A DNA stretch of 64,000 bases from an uncultured Candidatus Melainabacteria bacterium (GTDB lineage Bacteria; Cyanobacteriota; Vampirovibrionia; Gastranaerophilales; Gastranaerophilaceae). This document shows positions 46,354-57,134 of the stretch, one piece after another (positions within the stretch are counted from its first letter, which is position 1; each line of letters starts with the position of its first letter). The stretch lies in assembly GCA_934718135.1 (NCBI GenBank), contig CAKUZW010000001.1, forward strand, positions 200,714 to 264,713, in the 5' to 3' direction. The notes under the pieces were generated by a model. The model saw nothing but the letters and a program-made list of their open reading frames with translations. It did no database searches and was not told where the DNA came from. The translations under genes and the position numbers were made by a program.

Positions 46354-47337
46354 TTGGGGGTATTTTTAGTTCCTATGGTTATAAATTTTTCAAAAAAAGA
46401 AGGTCTTGTTGATTTGCCTAATGCAAGAAAAATTCATACAAAACCGATTTCAAGAATTGGTGGAGTTGCAATTTGGGCAAGTACAATGCTTACCTTCCTT
46501 TGCTTGGTAATTCTAAGCTATTATCCTTACGGAAAACTATTATCAGGGATTTTGCTTGGTGGTTCATTGATGTTCCTACTTGGATTGATTGATGATGTGT
46601 ATTGCCTTGGTGCAAAATTCAAATTATTAATTCAAGTCGCAATTGCAACAATAGTGTACCTTTTAGGGGTTCAAATCAACAGCGTCCCGTTTTTTGGCGG
46701 AATAGATTTGGGATTATTTTCATACCCGATTACATTATTGTGGATTGTCGGAATTTCAAACGCAATGAACTTTATTGACGGAGTTGACGGGCTTGCAGGT
46801 TCTGTGGTAACTGTTAACGCTATCACTTTAGCTATTTTAGCAATCACTTTAACTCCTCCAAATCCGATTAGTGCATTGATTGGATTTATTTTGGCAGGTT
46901 CAATGCTTGCATTTTTAACATTCAACTTTAATCCTGCAAAAATCTTTATGGGAGATAGCGGTTCATTATTTTCAGGATTTTTGCTTGCTGCAATATCAAT
47001 TACAGGAGTAATGAAAGTTGCAACTTTAGCAATCTTGTTGCCGTTTGTAGTTTTGGCAGTACCGATTATTGATATTACTTACGCAAGTGTTCGTAGAATA
47101 TGCAAGGGTCAATCACCATTTGTGGCTGATGCAGAACATATTCATCACAAATTGTTACATGCAGGTTTTTCACAAAAGAAAACTGTTTGTATCTTAACAT
47201 CTGTTGCTATCGTCGCAGGTGGATTAGCTTGTTTATTTGCAAGCCACAACGCAATTAAATACGATTTCTTTTTGACTCTTATTTTAGTTGGCGTAATGCT
47301 TTTACTAAACTTAATACGAGTATTGACAAAGAAATAG
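46354..47337 (+). CDS. glycosyltransferase family 4 (MraY/WecA-type undecaprenyl-phosphate sugar-1-phosphate transferase)
   Basis: NARKIHTKPISRIGG, NAMNFIDGVDGLA, FMGDSGS. TTG start in the track. The reading frame stays open upstream to an AAGGAG at ~46290, so the true N-terminus may use a non-canonical start. Confidence 0.88.
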   Translation: MGVFLVPMVINFSKKEGLVDLPNARKIHTKPISRIGGVAIWASTMLTFLCLVILSYYPYGKLLSGILLGGSLMFLLGLIDDVYCLGAKFKLLIQVAIATIVYLLGVQINSVPFFGGIDLGLFSYPITLLWIVGISNAMNFIDGVDGLAGSVVTVNAITLAILAITLTPPNPISALIGFILAGSMLAFLTFNFNPAKIFMGDSGSLFSGFLLAAISITGVMKVATLAILLPFVVLAVPIIDITYASVRRICKGQSPFVADAEHIHHKLLHAGFSQKKTVCILTSVAIVAGGLACLFASHNAIKYDFFLTLILVGVMLLLNLIRVLTKK

Positions 47338-47524
47338 AACTATCTTATAATACAACATGGAAAAACGAGAACTTGATTACTCAGTTTTAAACAGGTTTTA
47401 TTTTCTGCAACCTGAATAAAATATTTAAGTGCAGGTTCTTCTATAAAATGTAAGTTAAGCAAGCCAAATAGGCGAACTTAACTGAAGGTTGCATAAAATA
47501 AACCGGATAGAAGGATTTAGTAAG

Positions 47525-48067
47525 ATGAAAGTAGACGCAATCGACAGTAACGACAGAAGACGCAGTTGTTTATTACCAATGGCTCAAGGGGCAGGAATTG
47601 GTGCTGTTACAGGTTATGTGGCAAAATATGCTCAACCGTTAACACCACAAGAAAAAAGCGGACATTATCCAAAAGTGATTGACAGTATTAACGCTCAAGC
47701 AAAGGCTTTTGGTCCAAAAACAGAAGAATATCTTAGAAATATCAAGTCTAATAATAATATGAGTTTAGCCGAAGATACTTTTGTAAAAATGTTTGACGGC
47801 TTAAAAGAAGGGGATCACGTAAGCAAAGGTACAATTAGAAGTGCATTAAAATCATTGAAAAAGCCTAGTGACATTTCTGCATTCAAAAGACTTTGCAAAG
47901 AGTCAGAAGAAGTAGCTGCAAAAACAGCAAAACAATGTATTAGTGCTTACAATTTGGTGACAAAACACATTCGTCCAACTTCATTCTATGTTTTGGCAGG
48001 TGCCGTAGTTGGTGCTGTTGTTGCACTGGTTAAAGATATTTTAAAAACAGATGTAAAACATAGTTAA
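47525..48067 (+). CDS. hypothetical membrane protein (distant paralog of 399-917)
   Basis: The ATG at 47525 is preferred. MAQGAGIGAVTGY... and C-terminal IRPTSFYVLAGAVVGAVVA. Confidence 0.55.
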   Translation: MKVDAIDSNDRRRSCLLPMAQGAGIGAVTGYVAKYAQPLTPQEKSGHYPKVIDSINAQAKAFGPKTEEYLRNIKSNNNMSLAEDTFVKMFDGLKEGDHVSKGTIRSALKSLKKPSDISAFKRLCKESEEVAAKTAKQCISAYNLVTKHIRPTSFYVLAGAVVGAVVALVKDILKTDVKHS

Positions 48068-48103
48068 AAAGTATTTTTATTAATTGAGTCTAATAAAAAT
48101 AAA

Positions 48104-48131
48104 GACAGGTTCACCACCTGTCATTTTTTTT
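48104..48131 (+). terminator. rho-independent terminator
   Basis: gacaggt-tcacc-acctgtc followed by an 8-T run. Confidence 0.65.
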
Positions 48132-48151
48132 ACAAAATAAGTTGTTTTTAC

Positions 48152-48346
48152 CTAAAAAGCACAATATTCGTTGTCAAATTCACTGTCATAACCGAAATCT
48201 GCAAATAATTTCATTCGGTTTTTTGCCATATCTTCTTGTGCCTTTTGCTCGTAATCAAGAATTTTTTGTCTTAATTCTTTGTTTTCTTTCGGAAACAATT
48301 TTAACAATTGCTTCAAATCAAACAAGCATAAACTAATTTCAGGCAT
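48152..48346 (-). CDS. small hypothetical protein (64 aa)
   Basis: GAGGAG RBS ~8 nt upstream. Coiled-coil-like. No domain recognised. Confidence 0.45.
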   Translation of the reverse strand: MPEISLCLFDLKQLLKLFPKENKELRQKILDYEQKAQEDMAKNRMKLFADFGYDSEFDNEYCAF

Positions 48347-48446
48347 TCTTAAATCTCCTCATATAGCTTCACATCTATATAAAAAATTTTTGGAAGTCGA
48401 AATTGCTCAAAATAGTCCAAATATAAATTTATGTAAAGAATATATA

Positions 48447-49253
48447 CTATTTATTTAAGTTATAGTTTTCGATAAATATTGCTAAAACACCGACAAAACC
48501 AATGGCAAACAAGCAAATTGAAATAATTTCGGCAATCGGAACGGAGGCAACATTCAGTGCACTATCAACTCGAATTTGCTCAATAAAAAATCGAATGACA
48601 GAATATAGCATTAAGTATGCAAAAAATGGTAGTCCTCTGAAATTTTTTCCGAATTTTAAATAAATTAAAAGCAAAATTCCAAACCCAAACAAATCCAAAA
48701 CACTTTCATACAAAAAAGTCGGGTGGAACAATCTGTAATCACTATATATCGAAACTCTTTTGCTAATTGGGACAAATAATCCCCACTTTTGACTTGCAAC
48801 CGGAAGTCCGTAAGCTTCTGAATTAAAATAATTTCCCCAACGACCGATAGCTTGACCTAAAATAGTTGTGCAAGAAAGAGCGTCAACAATACTCATCACA
48901 GGGATTTTAAGTTTTTTAGCAATAATTGTCATGCTCAAAACACCACCTAATATTGCCCCATGGATTGATAAACCTCCCTGACGGATATCTAAAATCTGCA
49001 GGGGATGTTGAACTAAATAATAATGCGGATTTAATAAACAAAAATACAATCTGGCACCAAGAATCCCTGCAAAAATAATATATGGAGCATACTCAATAAT
49101 AACATCTTTAGGCAAATTTTTGTTTATTCTGTTGTAAATAATATTTGCACTAATCATAGCCACAAATATAGCGGTTGCCATAGTTATTCCATACCAATAA
49201 ATCGGCAATCCGAACAAATTAAACGCAACATCATTTGGAGCAGTTATAATCAT
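48447..49253 (-). CDS. lgt: prolipoprotein diacylglyceryl transferase
   Basis: GLPIYWYG, GGLSIHGAILGG, GRWGNYFNSEAYG. Confidence 0.92.
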   Translation of the reverse strand: MIITAPNDVAFNLFGLPIYWYGITMATAIFVAMISANIIYNRINKNLPKDVIIEYAPYIIFAGILGARLYFCLLNPHYYLVQHPLQILDIRQGGLSIHGAILGGVLSMTIIAKKLKIPVMSIVDALSCTTILGQAIGRWGNYFNSEAYGLPVASQKWGLFVPISKRVSIYSDYRLFHPTFLYESVLDLFGFGILLLIYLKFGKNFRGLPFFAYLMLYSVIRFFIEQIRVDSALNVASVPIAEIISICLFAIGFVGVLAIFIENYNLNK

Positions 49254-49259
49254 TTTGTT

Positions 49260-49844
49260 TTATTCCACAACAGTTTTAGGGGTTTGAGGTTCTTGGATTT
49301 TCTTGATTTGCTCTTCAACATCAGTTCTATCCTGAGCGTTAGGGCTTAATTCAAGATATTTTTCATAATTTTTAACAGCAGAATCATAAAGTTCTGCAAC
49401 TAATTTTTTCTCTTTATCAGACATTTTATATTCTTGAAGTGTATCAATTTCGTCCGCTTTTGGTGAATATAGAGAGTCATCAACATCATTCATTCTTACT
49501 CTTCCTTGCTCCATATCGACAGCAAGGTTATTTTCAGCCGTTGCTAGTGAATAATAAACATCAGGAACATTAGATTTTATTTTCAAAGCCTTTTTATATT
49601 CTTCAACAGCATTGGTATAATCTTCTGCTTTAGTGTATGCAACAGCAAGGTTGTAATGTGTTTCAAAAATTGAAGGATCAAGATCAATACTTGATTTCAG
49701 ACGTTCAATCGCTTGGGTATAATCACCTTTTTCCATATAACTTTGAGCTTTGTTATTCAAATCTTGAACGGCTAAATTGTTGATACAAGCGGTTGATGCG
49801 ACGGCAACAAATAAAATACTTGCAATTAAAAGAACCTTTTTCAT
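49260..49844 (-). CDS. TPR-repeat lipoprotein
   Basis: Lipobox-like VASTAC. TPR repeats (GDYTQAIERLKSSIDLDP..., YNLAVAYTKAEDYTNAVEEYKKAL). Confidence 0.75.
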   Translation of the reverse strand: MKKVLLIASILFVAVASTACINNLAVQDLNNKAQSYMEKGDYTQAIERLKSSIDLDPSIFETHYNLAVAYTKAEDYTNAVEEYKKALKIKSNVPDVYYSLATAENNLAVDMEQGRVRMNDVDDSLYSPKADEIDTLQEYKMSDKEKKLVAELYDSAVKNYEKYLELSPNAQDRTDVEEQIKKIQEPQTPKTVVE

Positions 49845-49961
49845 ATCTATCCCTCTTCTAAAACATGTTAAGCTGTTGTTAAACTAATTATAATTTAATA
49901 ATAAAAATATGGCAAATTTAATTAATTTAAGTTACAATAAAGGGGTAAAAAGGAGAATTAT

Positions 49962-50240
49962 ATGTCAGATGATAAAGTAGTAAGCCTTGGGGAAAAGAAA
50001 AAGCATCTTGAAGGCGAAAAACTACATAGCCATAATGAAGAGAATAAAAATGAAGATTTAGTATATTGCAGTTTTTGCGGACGTCCTAACACTCAAGTAA
50101 TTAAAATGATACAAGGCCCTGGTGTTAATATTTGTTCTGAGTGTACGATGATTGCCGTTCAATACTTGATATTGCAAGACAGAATGCCATCTGCTGAGGC
50201 TCAACATATTTTAGACGCATTTTGGGGAAAGGCAAGATAG
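49962..50240 (+). CDS. ClpX-type C4 zinc-finger domain protein (stand-alone)
   Basis: [30 protein letters not shown]. No AAA module follows. Confidence 0.75.
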   Translation: MSDDKVVSLGEKKKHLEGEKLHSHNEENKNEDLVYCSFCGRPNTQVIKMIQGPGVNICSECTMIAVQYLILQDRMPSAEAQHILDAFWGKAR

Positions 50241-50250
50241 AACAAAAGTT

Positions 50251-51852
50251 ATGACTAGCTCAAAATTCAAACAACTTAATCCTTTTGAACTAAAATCAGC
50301 TCTTACAAATTTACTATCAAAAGTAAATTCAGTACAAGATGTTCAAAATTGTGTTGCTGACTTTGAAATGTTTGAAGCCCAAAATGACAAAACAGTTTTA
50401 ACAAAACTTCTTTTTAAAGAATTAGCAAATTCAAAAGTGGAAAAAATTCCGCTGGTTTGTTTTATGCTCGAAAAATATACGCCAAAAGATGAACTTATCA
50501 ATGGACTTTGGGAAACATTGAAAAATAAAAGTCTTGATAGCGAAGTAAAAATCACTATCCTAAATTTGCTTAGAGAGCTTGATGCTGATTGGTCTTATGA
50601 GTCTTGTGAGGAAATTTTAGGCGATGATGGAGATATTCTTGACGCTAATACGAAGCAAATGCTAAATTCTGCAATTATCAATCCCGAAGTTCAAATTGAT
50701 TTTATGGACTTTTTAGCATCAATAAAAGTTCAAGATAAAATTACTCTCCTGAATTCATTTGCAGAAGATTTCACTGATGATGTTTTAGCAAATATTCTAA
50801 TCCCTGTTTTTGAATCCGAACCTAATAGCCCGCAAGGGATTGAAGCTCTTAAACTTTTAGGATCTACAAAATCTCAATTGGCATTACACGTTTTAGAAGA
50901 AATGTCAAAAGTTGCCAAAGGGGAACTTGCTCAACACATTAGAAAAAGCCTTTCTACATTGAAAATTTCAGGTATTAGAGAAGATAATACTAAAGAATTT
51001 TATGCAAAAATTTTGTCAAACAGTAAACCTCATAAGTTTTACTTAACCTACCCTGACGGTCATGGCGATATGGCAATGATTTTCACCAGACTTACAGATG
51101 AAGAAAAAATTCGATTTGTATCTATCGTAATAAACCTTGAAACAGGAATTAAAGATTGTTTTGGATTTTTTGAAATATCTCAATTTGAATGTGACAAAAT
51201 TTTAGAACGATTTTTGAGAGATGAAAAAACTGTAGACATAGCACCTGATGCGTTTAAAACAATTTTGTATAATGCAGAACTCAAAACAATTGAGCGAAAT
51301 CACAATGATTGGAAACTCCCATACGAGTACGTTTGTTGGAAAAATTTATTGATTGACATTGATTTTGATATTGAACCGATTGAGCAAATATTGAAAGAAC
51401 AAATTTTGCCAACAAAGCCGGATAATTCAATTGTTGACAAACTTGCTAAAATGAAAATTTTATCACATTGGTTTTTGGATGCTGATTACAGTGATGAGTT
51501 TGAAAATTTAATAAAAGAACTAAAATCAACCGATAATCTTGATGAATTAGTTGCTCAAAACATTGAAAAAGTTTTTTATGAGGAAGAAAAACTTTCTTGG
51601 ATAGACAAGCTTAAAATGGCAGCATTTATCAAATACTCAATAGGAAAAGATGATGAAAGCTCATTGATTTTAGGATTGACTCAGGATGAAAATCTTATGA
51701 GCAAATTGTTTGAGAATACCTTAAAACGTAGTATTTATGAATATTTAATGACTATTAAATATAATAAAGATTTAAATACCGAAAACTTTTCACCTGACGA
51801 AATTGACGATAAAATCAAGTATATTGAAGAAAAGTGGGTGCAAAATGTATAA
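50251..51852 (+). CDS. hypothetical protein
   Basis: 533 aa, acidic. No domain recognised. Confidence 0.6.
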   Translation: MTSSKFKQLNPFELKSALTNLLSKVNSVQDVQNCVADFEMFEAQNDKTVLTKLLFKELANSKVEKIPLVCFMLEKYTPKDELINGLWETLKNKSLDSEVKITILNLLRELDADWSYESCEEILGDDGDILDANTKQMLNSAIINPEVQIDFMDFLASIKVQDKITLLNSFAEDFTDDVLANILIPVFESEPNSPQGIEALKLLGSTKSQLALHVLEEMSKVAKGELAQHIRKSLSTLKISGIREDNTKEFYAKILSNSKPHKFYLTYPDGHGDMAMIFTRLTDEEKIRFVSIVINLETGIKDCFGFFEISQFECDKILERFLRDEKTVDIAPDAFKTILYNAELKTIERNHNDWKLPYEYVCWKNLLIDIDFDIEPIEQILKEQILPTKPDNSIVDKLAKMKILSHWFLDADYSDEFENLIKELKSTDNLDELVAQNIEKVFYEEEKLSWIDKLKMAAFIKYSIGKDDESSLILGLTQDENLMSKLFENTLKRSIYEYLMTIKYNKDLNTENFSPDEIDDKIKYIEEKWVQNV

Positions 51853-52252
51853 AGTAATGGCTCTTGATATTGGAACAAAAAGAATTGGTATTGCACTGAG
51901 CGATTACCTTTTGATGCTATCTAACGGTCATTCTTATATTGCAAGAGAACCTGAGGATAAAGCAATTGAGACAATTTATAAAATAGCAAAAGAAAATAAT
52001 GTCAAAAAAATTGTTGTCGGAATTCCTCTAAATATGGACGGAACAAAAGGATTTCAGGCTCAAAATTGTGAGGAATTTGCATCTAAAATCGAAGGTTATG
52101 AAATAATTAAAGAGGACGAAAGACTCACATCTGACACTGCAGAAGAAAATCTTCGTAACAAAAAAATTGATTTCAGAAAAGATAAAGGATTAGTTGATAT
52201 TGAAAGTGCTTGTATTATACTGGAACAATACCTTGCACGAAACGAAAAGTAA
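51845..52252 (+). CDS. ruvX: Holliday-junction resolvase-like RuvX/YqgF
   Basis: MYKVMALDIGTKRIGIALSD, GIPLNMDGT, DERLTS. The ATG at 51845 overlaps the preceding stop. Confidence 0.88.
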   Translation: MYKVMALDIGTKRIGIALSDYLLMLSNGHSYIAREPEDKAIETIYKIAKENNVKKIVVGIPLNMDGTKGFQAQNCEEFASKIEGYEIIKEDERLTSDTAEENLRNKKIDFRKDKGLVDIESACIILEQYLARNEK

Positions 52253-52284
52253 AAGTCTTAAAAATAAACATAAGGAGAAAAAAA

Positions 52285-52569
52285 ATGGCAGAAGAAAATG
52301 AAAATTTAATCGAAATTACTGATGATGACGGTACAGTAATCAAATGCGAACTATATGATATAATCGAATTTGAGGACAAACAATACGCACTACTTGTTGA
52401 AGTTAACGATGAAGATGAAGAAGTTGACCCGGAAGTTGTATTGATGAAATATATTGAAGAAGGCGAAGAAAGCTACTTTGAAACAATTGATGATGATGAC
52501 GAATTTGAAAGAGTTTCAGACTATATTGAAAGTCTAAGCCCAGAAGATGATGACGAAACAGAAGAATAA
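52285..52569 (+). CDS. DUF1292-family acidic protein
   Basis: IEITDDDGTVIKCELYDIIEFEDKQYALL pattern. Commonly found next to ruvX. Start at the ATG at 52285 after AAGGAG. Confidence 0.75.
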   Translation: MAEENENLIEITDDDGTVIKCELYDIIEFEDKQYALLVEVNDEDEEVDPEVVLMKYIEEGEESYFETIDDDDEFERVSDYIESLSPEDDDETEE

Positions 52570-52580
52570 GGACTAATATT

Positions 52581-53930
52581 TTGTTTGAAAAATTCACTGA
52601 AAAAGCACTTAACGTAATAGTAGAAGCACAAAATATTGCGATATATGACCATTCCGACAAGGTTTTGGCAGAATATTTGCTGCTTGCAATAGTTAAAGAA
52701 ACAAGAGGATTTTGTGCAAAAATATTCAAATCGTATAATGTAACTTACGAGCGATTGGCAGAAGAAATTTACCTGTCTTTGAATATCGAAGAATCGGACA
52801 TGAATTCTTCAATACCTTTCAGTGATGACTGCAAACGCATTTTGCAAGAGACAATGCAACTTGCAGGCAACCAAACTGTCCACTATGAACATATTGTTCT
52901 TGCGGCAATTAATGATAAACAATCAAAAATTCCGCAATATCTTGAAAATGTCGGATTTGATATTGAAAAATCACTTCCGCTAATTCAGAAACTTGTTCAA
53001 AGAAAAGAAAAGAAAACTTTTCACCCTGAAATGGATGAAAATAAAGAGCCTGAAATCAATTTGGCAAGAGAAACAGACTCGTTATTTGATAATGAAGAAT
53101 CTGCAAAAGTCTTTAAAAGGGCGGTTGCAAAGCTTTCTGCATCTAACTACGAAATTTTAGGGACAGAACAAATTATTTCATCAGTTTTGGAAGATAAAGA
53201 GTCCCCACTTGTCAAAATCTTGGCTCAATTTGGAGTGACTGAAGAACTTTTTGAAGAAAAATTATCCAAAATTCAATCTAGAAAAGCCGAATACGAAGGA
53301 AGACAAATTGTCTTTACTCCAAATGCGTTTATAGCAATGAATTTGGCACTCCAAACGGCAAAAGAATTGGGATCATCAGAGGTTCTACCGGAGCACATGA
53401 TTTTAGGTCTTTTGAAAACCAAAAAAGGTATTGCATATAATATTTTCAAAGAACTACACATCAATGATGACGATTTGGCTCATGGAATTATCAAACCAAT
53501 TGAAAAACAAATGCCTGAAACTCTTACTATTCTAAGACTTGCAAAACAAGAAGCAAGAAGAATGGGGCGTGGTGTTGTCGGAACCGAAATGATTTTACTC
53601 GGAATAATCGGAGAAGCAACCGGGGTTGGTGCAATTGTACTAAACGAATTAGAAATAAATATTCGAGATGCAAGACTGATTGTATCTCGACTCGTTGGCA
53701 GTGATAATGAGTATTCTGATGATATTGTTTATACCAAACGTGCAAAACGAATTCTCGAAACTGCTTGGGATTATGCTAAAAAAGCTAACAAAACCAAAAT
53801 TGAATCATCTGACTTGTTATGGGCAATTACGACTGAACCGGAATCCCTTGCTATGCAATCACTTGAACAACTTGGAACTGATGTCGTTGAAATTAGGGAA
53901 GGCATCAAAAAACACAGTTCAAATTTATAA
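52581..53930 (+). CDS. Clp N-terminal (Clp R) repeat protein without an ATPase module
   Basis: Six Clp_N-type repeats (FTEKALNVIVEAQNIA..., FSDDCKRILQETMQLA..., YTKRAKRILETAWDYA...). TTG start. Confidence 0.8.
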   Translation: MFEKFTEKALNVIVEAQNIAIYDHSDKVLAEYLLLAIVKETRGFCAKIFKSYNVTYERLAEEIYLSLNIEESDMNSSIPFSDDCKRILQETMQLAGNQTVHYEHIVLAAINDKQSKIPQYLENVGFDIEKSLPLIQKLVQRKEKKTFHPEMDENKEPEINLARETDSLFDNEESAKVFKRAVAKLSASNYEILGTEQIISSVLEDKESPLVKILAQFGVTEELFEEKLSKIQSRKAEYEGRQIVFTPNAFIAMNLALQTAKELGSSEVLPEHMILGLLKTKKGIAYNIFKELHINDDDLAHGIIKPIEKQMPETLTILRLAKQEARRMGRGVVGTEMILLGIIGEATGVGAIVLNELEINIRDARLIVSRLVGSDNEYSDDIVYTKRAKRILETAWDYAKKANKTKIESSDLLWAITTEPESLAMQSLEQLGTDVVEIREGIKKHSSNL

Positions 53931-53932
53931 TT

Positions 53933-55285
53933 ATGAATAAAATTCATCACACAATTGAATTATTCTTGAAAAAATATCAACTTGATAAACCAGAAAAGGT
54001 ATATTTGTGTGCTTTTTCAGGTGGTTACGATTCAATGTGTCTGTTGAACTCTTTAAAAATAGTTGCACCTCAAAATAAAATCATTGCAATACACCTGAAC
54101 CACAATTGGCGAGGAGAAGAGAGCGATTTAGAAGAACAAAATTGCAAGGATTTTTGTAATAGAATTAGGGTCGAATTTTATTGTGAAAAATTACCATCAA
54201 CTGTTCCGCACACCGAAACCGCCGCAAGAGATGCACGATACAATTTTTTTGAAAAATGCAAAGAAAAATTTGAAAGTGAAATTATTTTTACGGCACACAA
54301 CCAAAATGACAATGCAGAAACCCTTATTTATCGAATTTGTAAAGGCACAGGAATTCCAGGACTTTGCGGGATTGCAGAAAAACGGGGCTTTTACTACCGA
54401 CCGCTTTTACACACAAAAAGAGAAGAAATTGAAAAATACTGCAAAGATTTCAATTTAAACCCTAACAATGACAGCTCTAATACTGATACCACCTACAAAA
54501 GAAACTTTATTCGAGCTGAAATTTTACCAAAATTACAAAAAATAAACCCAAATTCTACTGTGATGATAAATTCGCTATCAGAAGCCGCAAAAGAAGATTG
54601 CGAAATAGTAGAAGAGTATTTGAATTTAATTTTAAACAAAATCTCAATCAAAAATAAACTAAAAACTCAAGATTTTTTGCAGCTTTCTACCCCTGTACAA
54701 AAACGAATTATTTATAATATTTTTATTCAAAATAATTTGGATTACGATAGCAAAAAAATAACAAATATTTTAGAAAAAATTAAAGAAAATTCCACATCAA
54801 AATCAGGTAAAACCTGTTCTCTAACAACAAATTTATGGATTTTTGTTAATTATGATTTTATTGAAATTATCAGAAAAAAATCTCAAAATTTTTCTAAAAT
54901 TTTAATAAATAAAACAGGAAATTTTGAACAAAACGGAACTGTTTTTTCAGTGGAAAAATGTACAGAAAAACCTGAAATTTTTCCAAAAGAAAATGCAAAT
55001 ATCGCTTATGTAAATTTAGAAAATTTTGATTTTAATTTTGAACTTAGACCACGCCAAGAAGGAGATATAATAACGCCTTTCGGAATGAATGGAACTCAAA
55101 AAATAAAAAAATATTTGAACTCAAAAAAAATTCCAAAACATGAAAAAGAAAATCTTTTATTTTTTGCCAAAAAAAATGAAATACTATGGGCAATTAATGT
55201 CGGATTGAGTAATAAAGTAAAGGTGACAACAAAACCAACACACAAATTGACTATAACACGAAGAGAGGATAAAAATGAATATTGA
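53933..55285 (+). CDS. tilS: tRNA(Ile)-lysidine synthetase
   Basis: PP-loop CAFSGGYDSMCLL, then the HLNHNWRGEES region. Confidence 0.9.
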   Translation: MNKIHHTIELFLKKYQLDKPEKVYLCAFSGGYDSMCLLNSLKIVAPQNKIIAIHLNHNWRGEESDLEEQNCKDFCNRIRVEFYCEKLPSTVPHTETAARDARYNFFEKCKEKFESEIIFTAHNQNDNAETLIYRICKGTGIPGLCGIAEKRGFYYRPLLHTKREEIEKYCKDFNLNPNNDSSNTDTTYKRNFIRAEILPKLQKINPNSTVMINSLSEAAKEDCEIVEEYLNLILNKISIKNKLKTQDFLQLSTPVQKRIIYNIFIQNNLDYDSKKITNILEKIKENSTSKSGKTCSLTTNLWIFVNYDFIEIIRKKSQNFSKILINKTGNFEQNGTVFSVEKCTEKPEIFPKENANIAYVNLENFDFNFELRPRQEGDIITPFGMNGTQKIKKYLNSKKIPKHEKENLLFFAKKNEILWAINVGLSNKVKVTTKPTHKLTITRREDKNEY

Positions 55286-55817
55286 TATTAAAGAAAGTGA
55301 TTTGAAAGTATTATTTAGCGAAGAACAACTCCAAACAAGAATAAAAGAGCTTGCTCAGGAAATGAACAAATTTTATAATGGCGAAGAAGTAATTGCCATT
55401 TGCGTTTTGAAGGGTGCAGTTATGTTTGCAGTTGATCTTGTTAAACATCTCAACATGCCACTTCAAATGGAATTTATAAGACTTTCAAGTTATGGCTCTG
55501 CGATGTCGACCTCAGGAAAAGTGAATGCTGTTGATATCAAATTACCGGATTTGAACGGCAAAAATGTTCTAATTATCGAGGATATTGTGGATACAGGACT
55601 TACCGCAAGATTTTTGACTGATTTTATGCAATGTAATTTCAATGCAAAATCAATAAAATTCTGCTCTCTTTTAGATAAAAAAATCACACGAAAAATTGAC
55701 ATCGAACCGGATTACTACGGATTTGAAGTTGATGACAAATTTGTGGTTGGTTATGGGCTTGATTATGAAGGATATTACAGAAATTTAAGGTACATCGGAT
55801 ACGTAGAAAAGGCTTAA
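55275..55817 (+). CDS. hpt: hypoxanthine phosphoribosyltransferase
   Basis: VLIIEDIVDTGLT PRPP loop and FVVGYGLDY. Overlaps tilS by 11 nt. Confidence 0.92.
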   Translation: MNIDIKESDLKVLFSEEQLQTRIKELAQEMNKFYNGEEVIAICVLKGAVMFAVDLVKHLNMPLQMEFIRLSSYGSAMSTSGKVNAVDIKLPDLNGKNVLIIEDIVDTGLTARFLTDFMQCNFNAKSIKFCSLLDKKITRKIDIEPDYYGFEVDDKFVVGYGLDYEGYYRNLRYIGYVEKA

Positions 55818-55819
55818 TT

Positions 55820-57034
55820 TTGTACAAAAATGCAATCGAAAAAATAAATAAATTCTACAAAATTGACTTGAATAATGAACCGCAAAAAATGTTTGATATT
55901 TTAGGTGAAATTATCCAAGTCGATGCCTGTGGAATTTTTTATTTAAGCCCAAATAATTTGTCTCTTGAATTTAAAAAAAATCTGAATATTGAAAAAAATA
56001 TTCAAATTTCTGAAGATTTTTCAAACGAAATATTTGAAAATAAAACTATAAATTTAGAAGAAAAAATCTCAAAAATTTTAAAAATAAATACAAATATTTT
56101 AGTTCAAAAATTAACCGCAAAAGACGCAGTATTCGGGCTTTTACTAATTGAAAGATGCCAAAATTTTACCAAAGATGAATCTATAATTTTTCAAACTTGT
56201 TCCTCAATTATTTCAAATTTGATAAAAGATTTGGAACTGTCAAAAGTTTTGAAGATGCAAGTCGAAGCACTCCAAAATGGAATAGTTGAAACGCATAGAG
56301 CTTTCGATACAATCAAAAAACAAAACAAAAAAATTAAAGAGAACGAAAAACTTCAAAACGAATTTATTGCAAATATTTCTCACGATTTGCGAAGCCCGTT
56401 GAATTCAATTATTGGTTTTTCGGAGGCTCTTTCTAATAAAATTTTTGGAGATTTGACTGAAAAACAAAGTGAATACATTGAGGATATCAGGCTTTCCGGA
56501 ATTCGACTTTTAGGAATGATTAATGAAGTTCTTGATATAGCCAAAATAAATTCACACACAATCAAATTAAATTTATCTCAAGTTGACCTGAATTTGGCAA
56601 TTGATGAGGTTTGCAATATCCTCACCCCCGCACTCAACAAAAAGCATATCACAATTGAAAAGCACGTTGAACAAATCACGTTTGTTGCAGATTACATCAA
56701 AATTCAACAAATTTTATTTAATTTAATTGGGAATGCAATAAAATTTTCACACCCAAATGGAAAAATCGTAATTTTTACCCAATCAACGGACAAAGATATT
56801 TTGATAAAAATACAAGATTTTGGAATTGGGATTGATAAAAAATTCCACAAAAAAATCTTCAATAAATTTTACCAAGTAGAAAATCCGATGTCCAAAACAG
56901 AAACCTCAACCGGATTAGGACTTACAATTGCAAAGGAATTTATTAAACTTCACAACGGAAAAATCAAACTGGAAAGTGAGTCCAATAAAGGTTCAACTTT
57001 TACAATCATAATTCCTAAAGTGGATAATTATTAA
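55820..57034 (+). CDS. sensor histidine kinase (GAF-like N-terminus, cytoplasmic)
   Basis: H-box FIANISHDLRSPLNSI, NLIGNAIKFS, GTGLGLTIAKEFIKLHNG. TTG start. Confidence 0.88.
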   Translation: MYKNAIEKINKFYKIDLNNEPQKMFDILGEIIQVDACGIFYLSPNNLSLEFKKNLNIEKNIQISEDFSNEIFENKTINLEEKISKILKINTNILVQKLTAKDAVFGLLLIERCQNFTKDESIIFQTCSSIISNLIKDLELSKVLKMQVEALQNGIVETHRAFDTIKKQNKKIKENEKLQNEFIANISHDLRSPLNSIIGFSEALSNKIFGDLTEKQSEYIEDIRLSGIRLLGMINEVLDIAKINSHTIKLNLSQVDLNLAIDEVCNILTPALNKKHITIEKHVEQITFVADYIKIQQILFNLIGNAIKFSHPNGKIVIFTQSTDKDILIKIQDFGIGIDKKFHKKIFNKFYQVENPMSKTETSTGLGLTIAKEFIKLHNGKIKLESESNKGSTFTIIIPKVDNY

Positions 57035-57134
57035 GGGACAAGGAAATAGGCTCATTACATACTCATTCTTCGCAAAAATTTTTCTAAGTTTTCAGAATGA
57101 CATAAAAATGTAACGAACTTGTTCCCCTATTTTT
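57035..57134. repeat. palindromic repeat modules downstream of the prepilin gene
   Basis: 57035-57058 (inverted ccttgtccc family), 57080-57104 (perfect inverted copy of 1256-1280), 57110-57134 (gtaacgaacttgttcccc). The last module supplies the final codons and stop of the gene at 57127-57846. Confidence 0.65.
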
